Origin: an uncultured bacterium
GTDB lineage: Bacteria > Patescibacteriota > Gracilibacteria > UBA1369 > PNNO01
DNA length: 32,000 nucleotides
Assembly (NCBI GenBank): GCA_963704705.1
Contig: OY969931.1
Span: 390,001-422,000 of the forward strand
Reading direction: 5' to 3'
Shown here: piece after piece, positions 1 to 9,684 of the stretch
Layout of the letters: each line of letters starts with the position of its first letter
Numbering within the stretch: the first letter of the stretch is position 1
The notes under the pieces: model-generated
Told to the model about the DNA's origin: nothing
Database searches by the model: none
Seen by the model: the letters and a program-made list of their open reading frames with translations, nothing else
Program-made: the position numbers and the translations under genes

Positions 1-40
1 TAAATATGAAAAAAGTCTTAGCAAAGGTCATGCTAAACTT

Positions 41-889
41 GTGTTGTACGATAGAAGCATAGTTATTGTGCCATTTGAACGCGATGCATTCAGTATTTCA
101 CTTAATTTTTTAAAGAGATTTGATATTGATGATGAATTTTATGAAATTAACCTGATATTAGATCAAGGTTTTATTATTCACTTTAAAAATTTGGGAACCG
201 CATTTGAAGAATTTAAATCAAAGGTTGAAGAAGTTCAACAGCGGATGTATCAAGATACTATCGATAAACTTAAGGATATTTTATTGGAATTTGATTCAGC
301 TACTTTAATTAAGCTTGGTTACGAAATGAAACGCGGTAAAGCCGTGAATATTAAAAAAATTAAAAAAATAAACGATAAACTTGTTGATAGCATGAAGGAA
401 ATTATTCTTCATGATGATCTTGCGAAAAAACATTATGAATATTTTGAAAAAATGGCTGACCCTGAACATATTTATCTTGGAATTAGCCCTGAACCACCAA
501 AACATCAACCAAAAGGCAACGACACGCAGTTTTCTACCTGGTTTTTTATGGGAATGCCTGATAAAAATCTGGTTGTTGCTGTAATTACAAATGGAGGATA
601 TAGGGGGATTTATTTCTTTAAAATAATTATGGAGAAAGGTAATGCGAAAGAAAAAGTAGAGGAAAAATTACTCGAAGTTAATCAGGCATTATTGAAAATG
701 AAATTTGTAACAACAGCATTTTATAAAGATAAAAGGGAACTTAGAAGGTCAGTTTACAGATTTGCACTCCGAAAATTGCCTTATTTGCGTTTATTACGGC
801 GTTCATATGTTGGTCGTCTTACCCCATTTAATGAGGTGGATTGGGATAAGAGAATTAAAGATATTTTTGATAAGGCTGAACTTAAATAA
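41..889 (+). CDS. hypothetical protein, possibly truncated at its 5' end by the window edge
   Basis: 282-aa ORF starting at GTG 41. The same frame has no stop codon back to nt 2, so the true start may lie upstream of the window. No motif recognised. Host-like AT-rich codon usage. Confidence 0.5.
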   Translation: MLYDRSIVIVPFERDAFSISLNFLKRFDIDDEFYEINLILDQGFIIHFKNLGTAFEEFKSKVEEVQQRMYQDTIDKLKDILLEFDSATLIKLGYEMKRGKAVNIKKIKKINDKLVDSMKEIILHDDLAKKHYEYFEKMADPEHIYLGISPEPPKHQPKGNDTQFSTWFFMGMPDKNLVVAVITNGGYRGIYFFKIIMEKGNAKEKVEEKLLEVNQALLKMKFVTTAFYKDKRELRRSVYRFALRKLPYLRLLRRSYVGRLTPFNEVDWDKRIKDIFDKAELK

Positions 890-893
890 ATTT

Positions 894-922
894 TTTACTT
901 TCCAATATTTCTGGTGTACAAT
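894..922 (+). promoter_or_regulatory. candidate sigma70-type promoter for trxA (TTTACT-17-TACAAT)
   Basis: Hexamers read directly at 894-899 and 917-922 with a 17-nt spacer, about 35 nt upstream of the trxA ATG. AT-rich DNA produces such matches easily. Confidence 0.25.
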
Positions 923-955
923 AACGTACTGATTTATCCTTTAACATAACTTTTT

Positions 956-1279
956 ATGGCTGAAGTTACTTTTACAGATGATAACTTTGAAGCAGAAGTA
1001 AAGAATGCTCAGGGTGTTGTTTTGGTTGATTTCTTTGCTACATGGTGCGGTCCTTGTAAAATGATGGCCCCTGTAATCGATGAACTTTCCGGAGAATTCG
1101 AAGGAAAAGCTAAAATCGGAAAACTTGATGTTGATGAAAACAATAAATCTGCTTCTGAATTCGGAGTACAAAGTATTCCAACTTTAATTCTGTTTAAAGA
1201 CGGAAAGGAAGTAGACAGAATGATCGGATTCCAATCAAAAGAAGTACTAAAAGAAAAGCTTGAAGGAGCTGTCGGCTAA
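956..1279 (+). CDS. trxA: thioredoxin
   Basis: 107 aa with the canonical WCGPC active site (FFATWCGPCKMMAPV) and a typical thioredoxin length. Confidence 0.95.
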   Translation: MAEVTFTDDNFEAEVKNAQGVVLVDFFATWCGPCKMMAPVIDELSGEFEGKAKIGKLDVDENNKSASEFGVQSIPTLILFKDGKEVDRMIGFQSKEVLKEKLEGAVG

Positions 1280-2173
1280 TTGTTAACCCCTCTAATTATG
1301 GCTGATGTTGTTGAAATTAAACAGCGATTTTTAAATGCTAATAAATATAAACTGATCGCACCTGCAGTTATCGCTCTAATCATTATATTTATTATTATGG
1401 ACGGGTTGGTTAGTGTTCCTGCGGGTCATGTGGGTGTAATTTTTGATCAGGGAAGGGGAGTTCTGGAGCAGGAGATTGGTGAAGGGCTTCACTTAAAGAT
1501 ACCGTTTTGGCAGCAGGCAACTATTATGGATGCGAGAACTCAGGAATATACTATGAGTATTGCTGAAGGAGAAGGCAGTAAATTCAACGACGATAGTATC
1601 GAAAGCAGATCTAAGGACGGCCAGGTTATTTGGGTTGATGCAACAATTCTTTATCATATCGATAAAAATGAAGCTGATAATATTAAAAGAACTTTAGGTA
1701 CAAAAGAAGAATATAATACTAAAATTGTAAGACCGCGTGCTCGCGAAGTGATTCGTGAAGTTGTTGCGCAGTACAATGCTTTGGATTTAGTTTCGGAAAA
1801 ACGTGCTGAAATTGTTGAAGTTATGAATAATGATTTAAAAGAAGCATACGCAAAACATGATATTGTTCTTGAAGAGGTTGTATTAAGAAACGTAACCTAT
1901 TCTGCTGATTTTGCTGATGCTATTGAGCAAAAAGAGGTAGCAAGACAACTCATTAAAACTTCTGAATATCAAAAAGAACAGGCAACAGAACTTAAAGCAA
2001 AAAAAATCATTGAAGCAGAAGGTGAAGCAGAGGCTATTAAATTGAAAGGTGATGCTCTTCGCGATAATCCAGAAGTTATTCAGCTTGAGTTTATTAATAA
2101 ACTTGGACCAAATGTTCAGTGGGGAATTTTACCAAATTCAGCTACTCCGTTGTTTAATGTTCCGGGTTTTTAA
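1280..2173 (+). CDS. SPFH/band-7 (prohibitin/HflC-like) membrane protein
   Basis: N-terminal TM helix followed by a typical SPFH core (PAGHVGVIFDQGRG...GLHLKIPFWQ) and a coiled-coil A/E/K-rich C-terminus. TTG at 1280; the ATG at 1298 (MADVV) is an equally plausible start. Confidence 0.85.
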   Translation: MLTPLIMADVVEIKQRFLNANKYKLIAPAVIALIIIFIIMDGLVSVPAGHVGVIFDQGRGVLEQEIGEGLHLKIPFWQQATIMDARTQEYTMSIAEGEGSKFNDDSIESRSKDGQVIWVDATILYHIDKNEADNIKRTLGTKEEYNTKIVRPRAREVIREVVAQYNALDLVSEKRAEIVEVMNNDLKEAYAKHDIVLEEVVLRNVTYSADFADAIEQKEVARQLIKTSEYQKEQATELKAKKIIEAEGEAEAIKLKGDALRDNPEVIQLEFINKLGPNVQWGILPNSATPLFNVPGF

Positions 2174-3335
2174 ACTTTAGCATTACTACAAAATAAAGAA
2201 TCGTTGAAACCACAGTTAGTGATGCGCTGTAAGTGAATGCTATTTGCGGATTTAATATGTCCCAAAGAAATCCAACAATGATACTCGCGGGTAAAGCGCA
2301 AATTCCGAGTGTAAAATTGTAAATTCCCACTGCTGTAGCACTATAACTTTTTGGTACTGATTCTGTTATAAATGCTTTTGCGGATCCAACATTAAATGCA
2401 AAAAATAGTCCGTACATAATAAACGCCACCCATATAAATACTTCTGGTACTTTGAATGTAAATAATAAAACTGCGGCTAAGAAAAATACATTTCCCATTA
2501 TTAATGTAGGAATTTTTCCTATTTTGTCAGATAAATTCCCTGCATAAAGAGCAAATGCAGCATAAGTGATTGTATATACCAAATAAACAATTGGAATCAG
2601 CGCTAAAGATAAGCCAAGGTCGCTGGCTCTTAAAATAAAGAATGCATAACTCATATTGCCGATTCCAAAAATAAAAGTCGGAATCAAAAAGAATTTATAA
2701 ATTTTTGGTAAATGCACTATTTCTTTTACTTTAATTTTTTTTGTTTCTTTAGCGAGATATTTATCTTCTTTGACTTTAAATACCGAAATTATAAATGAAA
2801 TAATACCCGGAATAAAAGCTATTAAGAACAACGGCTTAAGTGTATCAGGTACAAAGTGCAGAATTATTGTAAGAGTTAATACACCTGAAACAGCACCTAA
2901 AGTATCCATGGTCCTTTGCCATCCAAAAGCCCCTCCAATATGGTTTTCTTTTGCTGATGCATATAATAGAGCATCCCGCGGAGGATCTCTGAAACCTTTG
3001 CCACTTCTTTCGAGTATTCTTACTATTAATATATAAACCCAGCCTGTAGCGAATATGTAAAAAGGCTTTAAAAAAGCAGGCAATCCATAGCCTAAAATTA
3101 TAAAAATTTTACGTTTTTTCAGTTTGTCCGATAAATAACCTGAAACAACTTTAAGAAAACTAGAAAAACTTTCAGCAACACCTTCAATTATACCTATAAA
3201 AGCCTTATTTATGCCTAAAGACTCATAAAACACCGGAAGTATAGGCATAAGCATTTCACTTGAAAAATCAGTGAAAAAACTTATCACTCCAAACCAAAAT
3301 ACATTTTTTTGATTTTTATCTTTCCGAAGATTCAT
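2154..3335 (-). CDS. MFS transporter
   Basis: 393 aa with about 12 hydrophobic segments and an MFS-like loop motif (ERSGKGFRDPPRDA) between TM2 and TM3. Converges on the SPFH gene with a 20-nt overlap. Confidence 0.8.
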   Translation of the reverse strand: MNLRKDKNQKNVFWFGVISFFTDFSSEMLMPILPVFYESLGINKAFIGIIEGVAESFSSFLKVVSGYLSDKLKKRKIFIILGYGLPAFLKPFYIFATGWVYILIVRILERSGKGFRDPPRDALLYASAKENHIGGAFGWQRTMDTLGAVSGVLTLTIILHFVPDTLKPLFLIAFIPGIISFIISVFKVKEDKYLAKETKKIKVKEIVHLPKIYKFFLIPTFIFGIGNMSYAFFILRASDLGLSLALIPIVYLVYTITYAAFALYAGNLSDKIGKIPTLIMGNVFFLAAVLLFTFKVPEVFIWVAFIMYGLFFAFNVGSAKAFITESVPKSYSATAVGIYNFTLGICALPASIIVGFLWDILNPQIAFTYSASLTVVSTILYFVVMLKFKNPEH

Positions 3336-3368
3336 ACACTAATTATAGCTCAAAACAGACAAAATGTC

Positions 3369-3397
3369 TTGCCAAATTATCAAGATTCTGGTAAATT
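3369..3397 (+). promoter_or_regulatory. candidate promoter for rpsO-pnp (TTGCCA-17-TAAATT)
   Basis: Hexamers at 3369-3374 and 3392-3397 with a 17-nt spacer, about 90 nt upstream of the rpsO ATG. Confidence 0.3.
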
Positions 3398-3485
3398 TAT
3401 GTAGCAAAAATTATGCCTATCTTTTTTTGAGCCAATGGCGACTCTCAAGAGGATAGGACCTTACTTTTCTAACGTAAAAAGCATT

Positions 3486-3749
3486 ATGAAACGCGCTGAT
3501 AAAAAGAAGATAATAACTAAGCATTCGCAGCACCAAAAAGATACTGGTTCTCCGCATGTACAAGTTGCTATATTAACTGAAAGAATCAAAGAAGTTCAGG
3601 ATCATTTATCAACTCACCCTAAAGATAATCATTCACGAAGAGGATTACTTGGTATGGTTGGTAAAAGACGAAAGCTGCTTAATTATTTGAGATTAAACAA
3701 CAAAGACGATTACGAAGCTTTGATCACTAAATTGAAATTAAGAAAATAA
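3486..3749 (+). CDS. rpsO: 30S ribosomal protein S15
   Basis: Conserved S15 sequence (TGSPHVQVAILTERI...HLSTHPKDNHSRRGLLGMVGKRRKLLNYL). I chose the ATG at 3486 (MKRADKK, 87 aa) over the longer ORF start at 3435. Classic rpsO-pnp synteny. Confidence 0.9.
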   Translation: MKRADKKKIITKHSQHQKDTGSPHVQVAILTERIKEVQDHLSTHPKDNHSRRGLLGMVGKRRKLLNYLRLNNKDDYEALITKLKLRK

Positions 3750-3876
3750 TCTTATATCTCTAATGGATTATAAGGGCTTAAGTTACAGGTTCCAGGGTTA
3801 TAAATATTATAATTTTGAGACTTGTTCCTTAGGCCGAGCATATTCCATAGAGGCTTAAAAATTAACCATTTTTACT

Positions 3877-6006
3877 ATGGAATCAACAGAATTCTCGATG
3901 GATCTTGCCGGAAGAAAGTTCAGCATTGAAACCGGTGAATTAGCTTTACAAGCTAGTGGATCAACAATGGTGTCATTAGGAGACACTAAAATTTTAACAG
4001 CTGCTACAATGGGCGAAGCCCGCGAAGGAACAGACTTTTTTCCTTTGCAATGTGAATATGTAGAAAAGTTTTATGCTGCAGGTAAGATTAGTGGCAGCAG
4101 ATTTATTAAAAGAGGAGGACGTCCAAGTGAAAACGCTGTACTTAACAGTCGTTTGATCGACAGGCCTATTCGTCCGTTATTCCCAAAAGGTACAATTAAT
4201 GAAACTCAGGTTATTTGTACTGTAATGTCAGCTGATATGGAAGTCAGCCCTGGCCCGCTTGCAATTACAGCTGCTTCAACAGCATTAATTATTAGTGGAA
4301 TGCCATTTGAAGGGCCGGTTGCAGGTGTTCATGTTGGGCTTGTAGATGGTGAGCTGATTCTGAATCCTACTTACGACCAAGTTGAAAAAGGAGATTTGGA
4401 TTTAACTGTAGCAGGTACTGATGATGCAATTACAATGGTTGAAGCAGGCGCAAAAGAAGTTGATAACGAAATGATGCTTAAAGCATTGGAATTTGCTCAC
4501 AAACACATTAAAGAACTTTGTCAGTTACAGATTAAATTTGCTGAAAAGTATAAAAAAGAACCAATTGAAGTAACTATCAATAAACCTTCTGATGAAGCAG
4601 TAGAAGCTGTTTCAAGTTTTGTTACTGAAGATATGCTTAATACAATTAAAGGTGTTACTAAAAAAGAAATTAAAGATACTATCCATGCTATTGAAGATCA
4701 GGTTAAAGAAAAATTTGCGCAAGAATTAGAAGATGAAAAATTTACAAAAATAGATTTAATGGAAGCATTAAATAAAATGATTGAAAAGAATATGCGTAAA
4801 AATATTCTTGAAAAAGAAGCAAGAATTGATGGCCGAAAAATTGATGAAATCAGAAAATTAAAATGTGAACTTGACCTTCTTCCACGTGCTCATGGATCAG
4901 CATTATTCCAAAGAGGTGAAACTCAGGCATTAACAGTTACAACACTGGGTGGTCCCGGAGACGCAATGATAGTAGATACAATGGAGGAAGATAAAGAAAA
5001 ACGATATATGCATTTTTATAACTTCCCTGCTTATTCAGTTGGAGAAGTTAGACCAATGCGAGGACCAGGAAGACGTGAAATCGGACACGGTGCATTGGCT
5101 GAAAGGGCATTAGTTCCTGTTTTACCTGAAGAAAAAGACTTTCCGTATACTATGGTTTTGGAAAGTGAAGTTCTAACTTGCAATGGTTCGAGTTCAATGG
5201 CTTCTGTTTGCGGATCTTCATTGTCGTTAATGGCATGCGGAGTTCCAATTAAAAGTCATGTATCTGCGATTGCAATGGGTCTTGTAACTGATGGTGAAGG
5301 TAAATATAAGATATTAAGTGATATTCAGGGAATGGAAGATTTTGCAGGAGATATGGACTTTAAAGTTGCCGGTACTGCAAAAGGTATTACAGCGCTTCAA
5401 ATGGATATTAAAATTAAGGGTCTTTCATTGGATATAATGCGGGAAGCATTATCAAGAGCGCATGATTCAAGAATGGAAGTTATGAAAGCTATGACTGAAA
5501 CTATTCCAACTCCAAGAACTGAAATGTCACAATACGCTCCATTGATTATGAATATTAAAATTAATCCTGATCAAATTCGTGAAGTTATTGGTAAAGGCGG
5601 CGAGACAATTCAAAGAATTACAAAAGAATGGGGTGTTCAGATTGATATTGATGATGATGGAAATGTTGTTATTACAGCGCCTGATCAGGAAAAAGGCAAC
5701 GGTGCTTTAGATGAAATTAAGAAAATAACATACATACCAAAAGTTGGTGATGTATTCGAAGGAGAAGTTGTAAGAATTATGGATTTTGGTGCATTTGTTC
5801 AGATTGCTCCTGGCAAAGACGGACTTGTTCACATTTCTCAAATAGCAAATGAAAGAGTTAATAAGGTTGAAGATAAGCTTAAACTGGGTGATAAAGTTAA
5901 AGTTAAATTAATGGAAATCGATGATCAGGGAAGATACAATCTTTCAATGAAAGCATTATTGGACAAACCGAAAGAAGACAAACCGAAGCACGATGATAAG
6001 AAATAA
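3877..6006 (+). CDS. pnp: polyribonucleotide nucleotidyltransferase (PNPase)
   Basis: 709 aa with two RNase PH-like halves, then KH (GKGGETIQRI) and S1 (GEVVRIMDFGAFVQIAPGKDGLVHISQ) domains. Lies downstream of rpsO. Confidence 0.95.
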   Translation: MESTEFSMDLAGRKFSIETGELALQASGSTMVSLGDTKILTAATMGEAREGTDFFPLQCEYVEKFYAAGKISGSRFIKRGGRPSENAVLNSRLIDRPIRPLFPKGTINETQVICTVMSADMEVSPGPLAITAASTALIISGMPFEGPVAGVHVGLVDGELILNPTYDQVEKGDLDLTVAGTDDAITMVEAGAKEVDNEMMLKALEFAHKHIKELCQLQIKFAEKYKKEPIEVTINKPSDEAVEAVSSFVTEDMLNTIKGVTKKEIKDTIHAIEDQVKEKFAQELEDEKFTKIDLMEALNKMIEKNMRKNILEKEARIDGRKIDEIRKLKCELDLLPRAHGSALFQRGETQALTVTTLGGPGDAMIVDTMEEDKEKRYMHFYNFPAYSVGEVRPMRGPGRREIGHGALAERALVPVLPEEKDFPYTMVLESEVLTCNGSSSMASVCGSSLSLMACGVPIKSHVSAIAMGLVTDGEGKYKILSDIQGMEDFAGDMDFKVAGTAKGITALQMDIKIKGLSLDIMREALSRAHDSRMEVMKAMTETIPTPRTEMSQYAPLIMNIKINPDQIREVIGKGGETIQRITKEWGVQIDIDDDGNVVITAPDQEKGNGALDEIKKITYIPKVGDVFEGEVVRIMDFGAFVQIAPGKDGLVHISQIANERVNKVEDKLKLGDKVKVKLMEIDDQGRYNLSMKALLDKPKEDKPKHDDKK

Positions 6007-7296
6007 TTAAAACTTCCCCTCATACCACTCATAATTATCAACAATCACATCTCCCACAAATACAGTGAAGTGGAGATGTGAACCTGTTGCTATACCGGTT
6101 GAACCCATTAATGCAATTAGGTCGCCTTTGTTAACATGGTCACCTTTTTGAACTTTGAGCTCAGAGCAATGCAGGTACATGGTGAATACATTCTGGCCGT
6201 GATCTATAACAACAGTATTGCCATATGACATTGTTTCTTCAGCTAGGGTCACAATTCCATCATTTGAGGCGTAGATTGGGGTGCCTTCAATATTTGCGTA
6301 GTCTAAGCCGAAATGTGAGCCCGAGAAATTACCGTTTATGTAAAGTTTGTCGCCAAAACCAAGTGTGATAGTGCCATCTGTCGGCACAATAAATGAGCCT
6401 TTCCATAATTGTTCGGGCACGGGATTTGCCTTGGCTCCATTTATTAAATCCCATGTTGTGTCGATTTTTGTTGATTCAAATAGCTCGGTTTTTGTTTCCG
6501 GAAGAGTAAAAGATTCAACAGGGACTTCGCGTTTTGTGACTGTAATAGGGTAATCGTGATTGCTGTCAGTAATGATTTTTAGTGTTTTTGTGCCGGTTTC
6601 AGTTAGACGATAAACTCCCACATAACCTCTGAAGTATTGTTTAATTTCAGGTTCGATAAATTCTTTTGGCACAGCTGCGCGTTTAATAACAATTTCAGCT
6701 TCATCAAAATTAATAGGGCGATCCGGCTTCATTGTGCCATCAGGATAGCCCTGAAAATAGCGTGCTCCTGCTGCCTGATTTATATAATTATAATGCCAGT
6801 CATCAGGCGAGACATCGGAAAATTCAGGGGTATTTGTAATTATTTGTTTAGGTTCAAATGCTTCAACAAGAATTTTTGCTATTTGGGCTCTTGTTATTGT
6901 GTCGTAAGGTCCGAAATTGCCGTCTTCGTAACCGCTTATAATACCAAGTACACTTGATTTATCGATGTATGCTTTATAAGGGTTTTGGTCTGTTACATCA
7001 GGAAAATCCAATGCCTTTGAAGTGTTGACAGCGCCAAAATCATAATTATCAAATAGTAATTTGAGGAATTCAGCACGAGTGATTGGTTCGTCCCAGTTTG
7101 GTTTTTTTGAAATTTCGTAAAATTTGATGTCACGGCCGTCAAACGAACCGTTTATTTCAGTTGTTTCAAATTTAGGAATATCAATAATAAATGTGCTGCC
7201 CTGCAGAATTTCATCAGGCAAATATACAGGCCCTGAAGCAAGTACAATATTTGAATGAATGACAATTAATGCAAATGTAATAAAAAGCTTTTTCAT
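6007..7296 (-). CDS. secreted SLH-domain protein with a C-terminal M23 (LytM-type) peptidase domain
   Basis: Signal peptide (MKKLFITFALIVIHSNIVLA). Two SLH-like repeats (FPDVTDQNPYKAYI...ITRAQIAKIL and FSDVSPDDWHYNYI...). M23 motifs HFGLDY and GSTGIATGSHLHF. I preferred the ATG at 7296 over the TTG at 7311. Confidence 0.85.
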   Translation of the reverse strand: MKKLFITFALIVIHSNIVLASGPVYLPDEILQGSTFIIDIPKFETTEINGSFDGRDIKFYEISKKPNWDEPITRAEFLKLLFDNYDFGAVNTSKALDFPDVTDQNPYKAYIDKSSVLGIISGYEDGNFGPYDTITRAQIAKILVEAFEPKQIITNTPEFSDVSPDDWHYNYINQAAGARYFQGYPDGTMKPDRPINFDEAEIVIKRAAVPKEFIEPEIKQYFRGYVGVYRLTETGTKTLKIITDSNHDYPITVTKREVPVESFTLPETKTELFESTKIDTTWDLINGAKANPVPEQLWKGSFIVPTDGTITLGFGDKLYINGNFSGSHFGLDYANIEGTPIYASNDGIVTLAEETMSYGNTVVIDHGQNVFTMYLHCSELKVQKGDHVNKGDLIALMGSTGIATGSHLHFTVFVGDVIVDNYEWYEGKF

Positions 7297-7360
7297 ACAT
7301 TGATTTAACAAATACTCAAATAAATTATATACTTTTAGTTAGTAAAATTAAAATTTCACA

Positions 7361-8002
7361 ATGAAAATAATAATAGTAGGAGGAACTCCAACAGCACTCA
7401 CTCTCGCAAATTTAATGGGTGAACAAAATGAATTAACAATTATTGAGCAGGATACTGAAAAAGCAAAAGAAATTGCAAACACCACTGCAGCGCTTGTTGT
7501 TGAAGGGGACGGAAGTGATATGGCTGTTCTAAATGATGCAGGACTTACCGAATGTGATGCGATTGTTGCAACCAGTGACGATAAAACCAATTTAATGGTT
7601 TGCGAAATTGCAAAAAGCGAGAAAGTTAAAAAAATTATCGCACTTGTAAACGAACCTAAAAACGAGGAACTTTTTGAAAAGTTAGGTATTAGTAAAATGG
7701 TTTCTGCTGTTGGAACAAATGTGACAGCAATAAAACAGGTGCTTGCAGAGTATGGTGACGAAAGAACTATTTGCCAGATTGGAGATGGTAAAATTCAGAT
7801 TTTTGAACAAACAGTAAAAGAAGGCAGTGATTTAATAGGTAAACCATTGGCTCTTGCAAATTGCAGTGTAGCAGGTCTTTATCGAAATGGTGAAATTATA
7901 ATGGCTAAAGATATTGATATTGTTAATGCTGGCGATGTACTTATTATTGTAGCAAAAACCGAAGATATTCCAAATATTAAAAAAATCATAAACGGCGAAT
8001 GA
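7361..8002 (+). CDS. trkA: Trk/Ktr potassium uptake regulatory subunit (RCK/TrkA-N + TrkA-C)
   Basis: N-terminal Rossmann-type start (MKIIIVGGT), 213 aa. ATGA stop/start overlap with the downstream TrkH-type gene. Confidence 0.8.
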   Translation: MKIIIVGGTPTALTLANLMGEQNELTIIEQDTEKAKEIANTTAALVVEGDGSDMAVLNDAGLTECDAIVATSDDKTNLMVCEIAKSEKVKKIIALVNEPKNEELFEKLGISKMVSAVGTNVTAIKQVLAEYGDERTICQIGDGKIQIFEQTVKEGSDLIGKPLALANCSVAGLYRNGEIIMAKDIDIVNAGDVLIIVAKTEDIPNIKKIINGE

Positions 8003-9436
8003 AAACAGTTTACAGGTATTTAGGCTATCTATTGATAATTTCCATTTTTTTTAGAATAATTCCCATTATTACAGGTTTGCTTTACGGGGAAACAATTTGG
8101 AATTTTTTATTAAGTGCGGGTATTTCGCTTGTACTGGGATTGATTTTAATTTTGGCGTTTAGAGACAAAGACAAAAGAAAAACAATTTCGATAAAAGACG
8201 GGTTTGTTCTTGCTGGGATTTCATTTATTGTAATACCCCTTATTGGCTCAATTTCTTTTTTACCTTTCTTCAATTATCATTTTATTGATGCTTTTTTTGA
8301 ATCGGTTTCAGGTTTTACAACAACCGGACTTTCACTTTTCTCAGGCCTTGAAGAATTACCAAAAAGCCTGTTGATATGGAGAGCTGAGACACAGTGGCTT
8401 GGCGGAATAGGAATAGTGATGTTCTTTTTATTTTTAGTTTCTTATTTTGGAAGAATTGGTCAGTTTAAAGTTGAAGACAGTGAAAAAATTCAGAATAAAA
8501 CACGCAATACAATGGCCTTATATCAGACGCAGGGTTTTGACGAAAAGTTAGAAGGCGGTTTTAGAAAAACACTTGTAAGCGTTATGATTATTTATTTTGG
8601 TTATACATTAATCGGTATTCTTCTGCTGTTTCTTTCAGGTATGAGTTTATTTGAATCAACTGCATTAACTTTTGCATCTCTTTCAACGGGCGGATTTACT
8701 GTTTCAGATAATTTAGTATTGAATAATACACAATTGATAATTCTTTGTATTTTAATGATACTTGGAGCTATATCGTTTATTGCACATCATAAATTATTAA
8801 AACTTAAATTAAAAGAATTCTTTTTATCTTACGAAAAAAATGTATTACTTATATTTATTTTAGTTTCAGTAATAATAGCACTTTTATTCGTTCAGGATTT
8901 TAAAATAGCGTTTTTCCAGACAATTTCCGCAATAACAACAACGGGTTTTTTCAATAACTGAAATTAAACTACTGCCTCAAATTTTCATATTATTGATATT
9001 TATCGGGATGATAATTGGTGGATCAACTTCTAGTACTTCGGGCGGAGTTAAGATAAATCGTGTTTATATATTATTCAGAGCTATTCCATGGTATATAAAA
9101 AAGAAAACCTCACCGCAAAGAGCAGTTATTCCATTTAGAATACACGGTCAAAATATTGACGAAGAACATTTAACAGGAATCGGGATTTATTTATTTGTAT
9201 ACGTAATGTTTTTAATTATTGGCACAATTATTTTTATGTTTCACGGTTATGGGTTTTTGGATTCTTCTTTCCAAATTACTTCAGCTCTTGGTACTGTTGG
9301 TTTGAGCACAATGCCGCTTTATTTATTACCGGGACTTTTAAAAATATTACTTATATTTGCAATGATATTCGGACGTCTTGAAATATTCCCGTTATTAATA
9401 GTATTGAGGCAAATTTTTGGGCGCAGCAAGAAATAA
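7999..9436 (+). pseudogene. trkH: TrkH/KtrB-family potassium transporter split by a frameshift in a T6 run
   Basis: ORFs 7999-8961 (frame 1) and 8993-9436 (frame 2) are both polytopic. They carry TrkH-like pore motifs (SGFTTTGLS, LSTGGFT, ITTTGF, and GGSTSSTSGGVK in the second ORF). Removing one T from TTTTTT at 8946-8951 gives ...TTTGFSITEIKLLPQIFILLIFIGMIIGGSTSSTSGGVK, one protein of about 478 aa. Confidence 0.75.
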
Positions 9437-9464
9437 TTGAAATTTTTTGATTGTTCGCTATAAT
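9437..9464 (+). promoter_or_regulatory. candidate promoter upstream of the tRNA-Gly locus (TTGAAA-16-TATAAT)
   Basis: TTGAAA at 9437-9442 and a consensus TATAAT at 9459-9464 with a 16-nt spacer. Confidence 0.35.
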
Positions 9465-9488
9465 TCTAAGGCGTTCAATTACAAAATC

Positions 9489-9594
9489 AAAAATAGGCGG
9501 GTATAGTATAGTGGTGCTAGATCAAGCTGTGAAGAGGGAACGAAGTGACTGACTGAACAGGTTGAGCGAGTACGCATCGCGCATATTACGACTG
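9489..9594 (+). pseudogene. truncated 5' copy of tRNA-Gly with a 69-nt insertion in the D-loop
   Basis: The 26 nt at 9489-9514 (AAAAATAG + tRNA nt 1-18) are identical to 9602-9627. After 69 unrelated nt, 9584-9594 (TATTACGACTG) matches tRNA nt 20-30 (9629-9639), and similarity then ends. There is no anticodon loop or 3' half. Confidence 0.7.
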
Positions 9595-9609
9595 ATGTTT
9601 AAAAAATAG

Positions 9610-9684
9610 GCGGGTATAGTATAGTGGCTATTACGACTGGTTGCCAATCAGTAGACACGGGTTCAATTCCCGTTACCCGCTCCA
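9610..9684 (+). tRNA. tRNA-Gly (anticodon GCC), CCA encoded
   Basis: Folded by hand. Acceptor stem GCGGGTA/TACCCGC. Anticodon stem ACTGG/TCAGT with loop TTGCCAA. T arm ACGGG-TTCAATT-CCCGT. Discriminator U followed by CCA. Confidence 0.9.

Noticed and set aside
305-508. Short antisense or alternative-frame ORFs in AT-rich genes (for example 305-508, 941-1171, 2770-3036, 6347-6957, 7348-7590, 19274-20683, 25805-26389, 27029-27283, 28182-28403)
   Set aside because: All lie inside longer, motif-supported genes on the other strand or frame. Their compositions are F/I/K/N-rich or otherwise skewed, as expected for non-coding frames.
7999-8002. Alternative genetic code (UGA read as Gly or Trp), as in some candidate phyla
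   Set aside because: TGA works as a genuine stop at the trkA/trkH ATGA junction and at the SGNH/DUF5989 junction. All housekeeping proteins translate at full length under the standard code.
8993-9436. An independent 147-aa membrane protein gene
   Set aside because: It is the C-terminal part of TrkH/KtrB (GGSTSSTSGGVK pore-loop motif). It becomes contiguous with 7999-8961 after a one-base correction in the T6 run.
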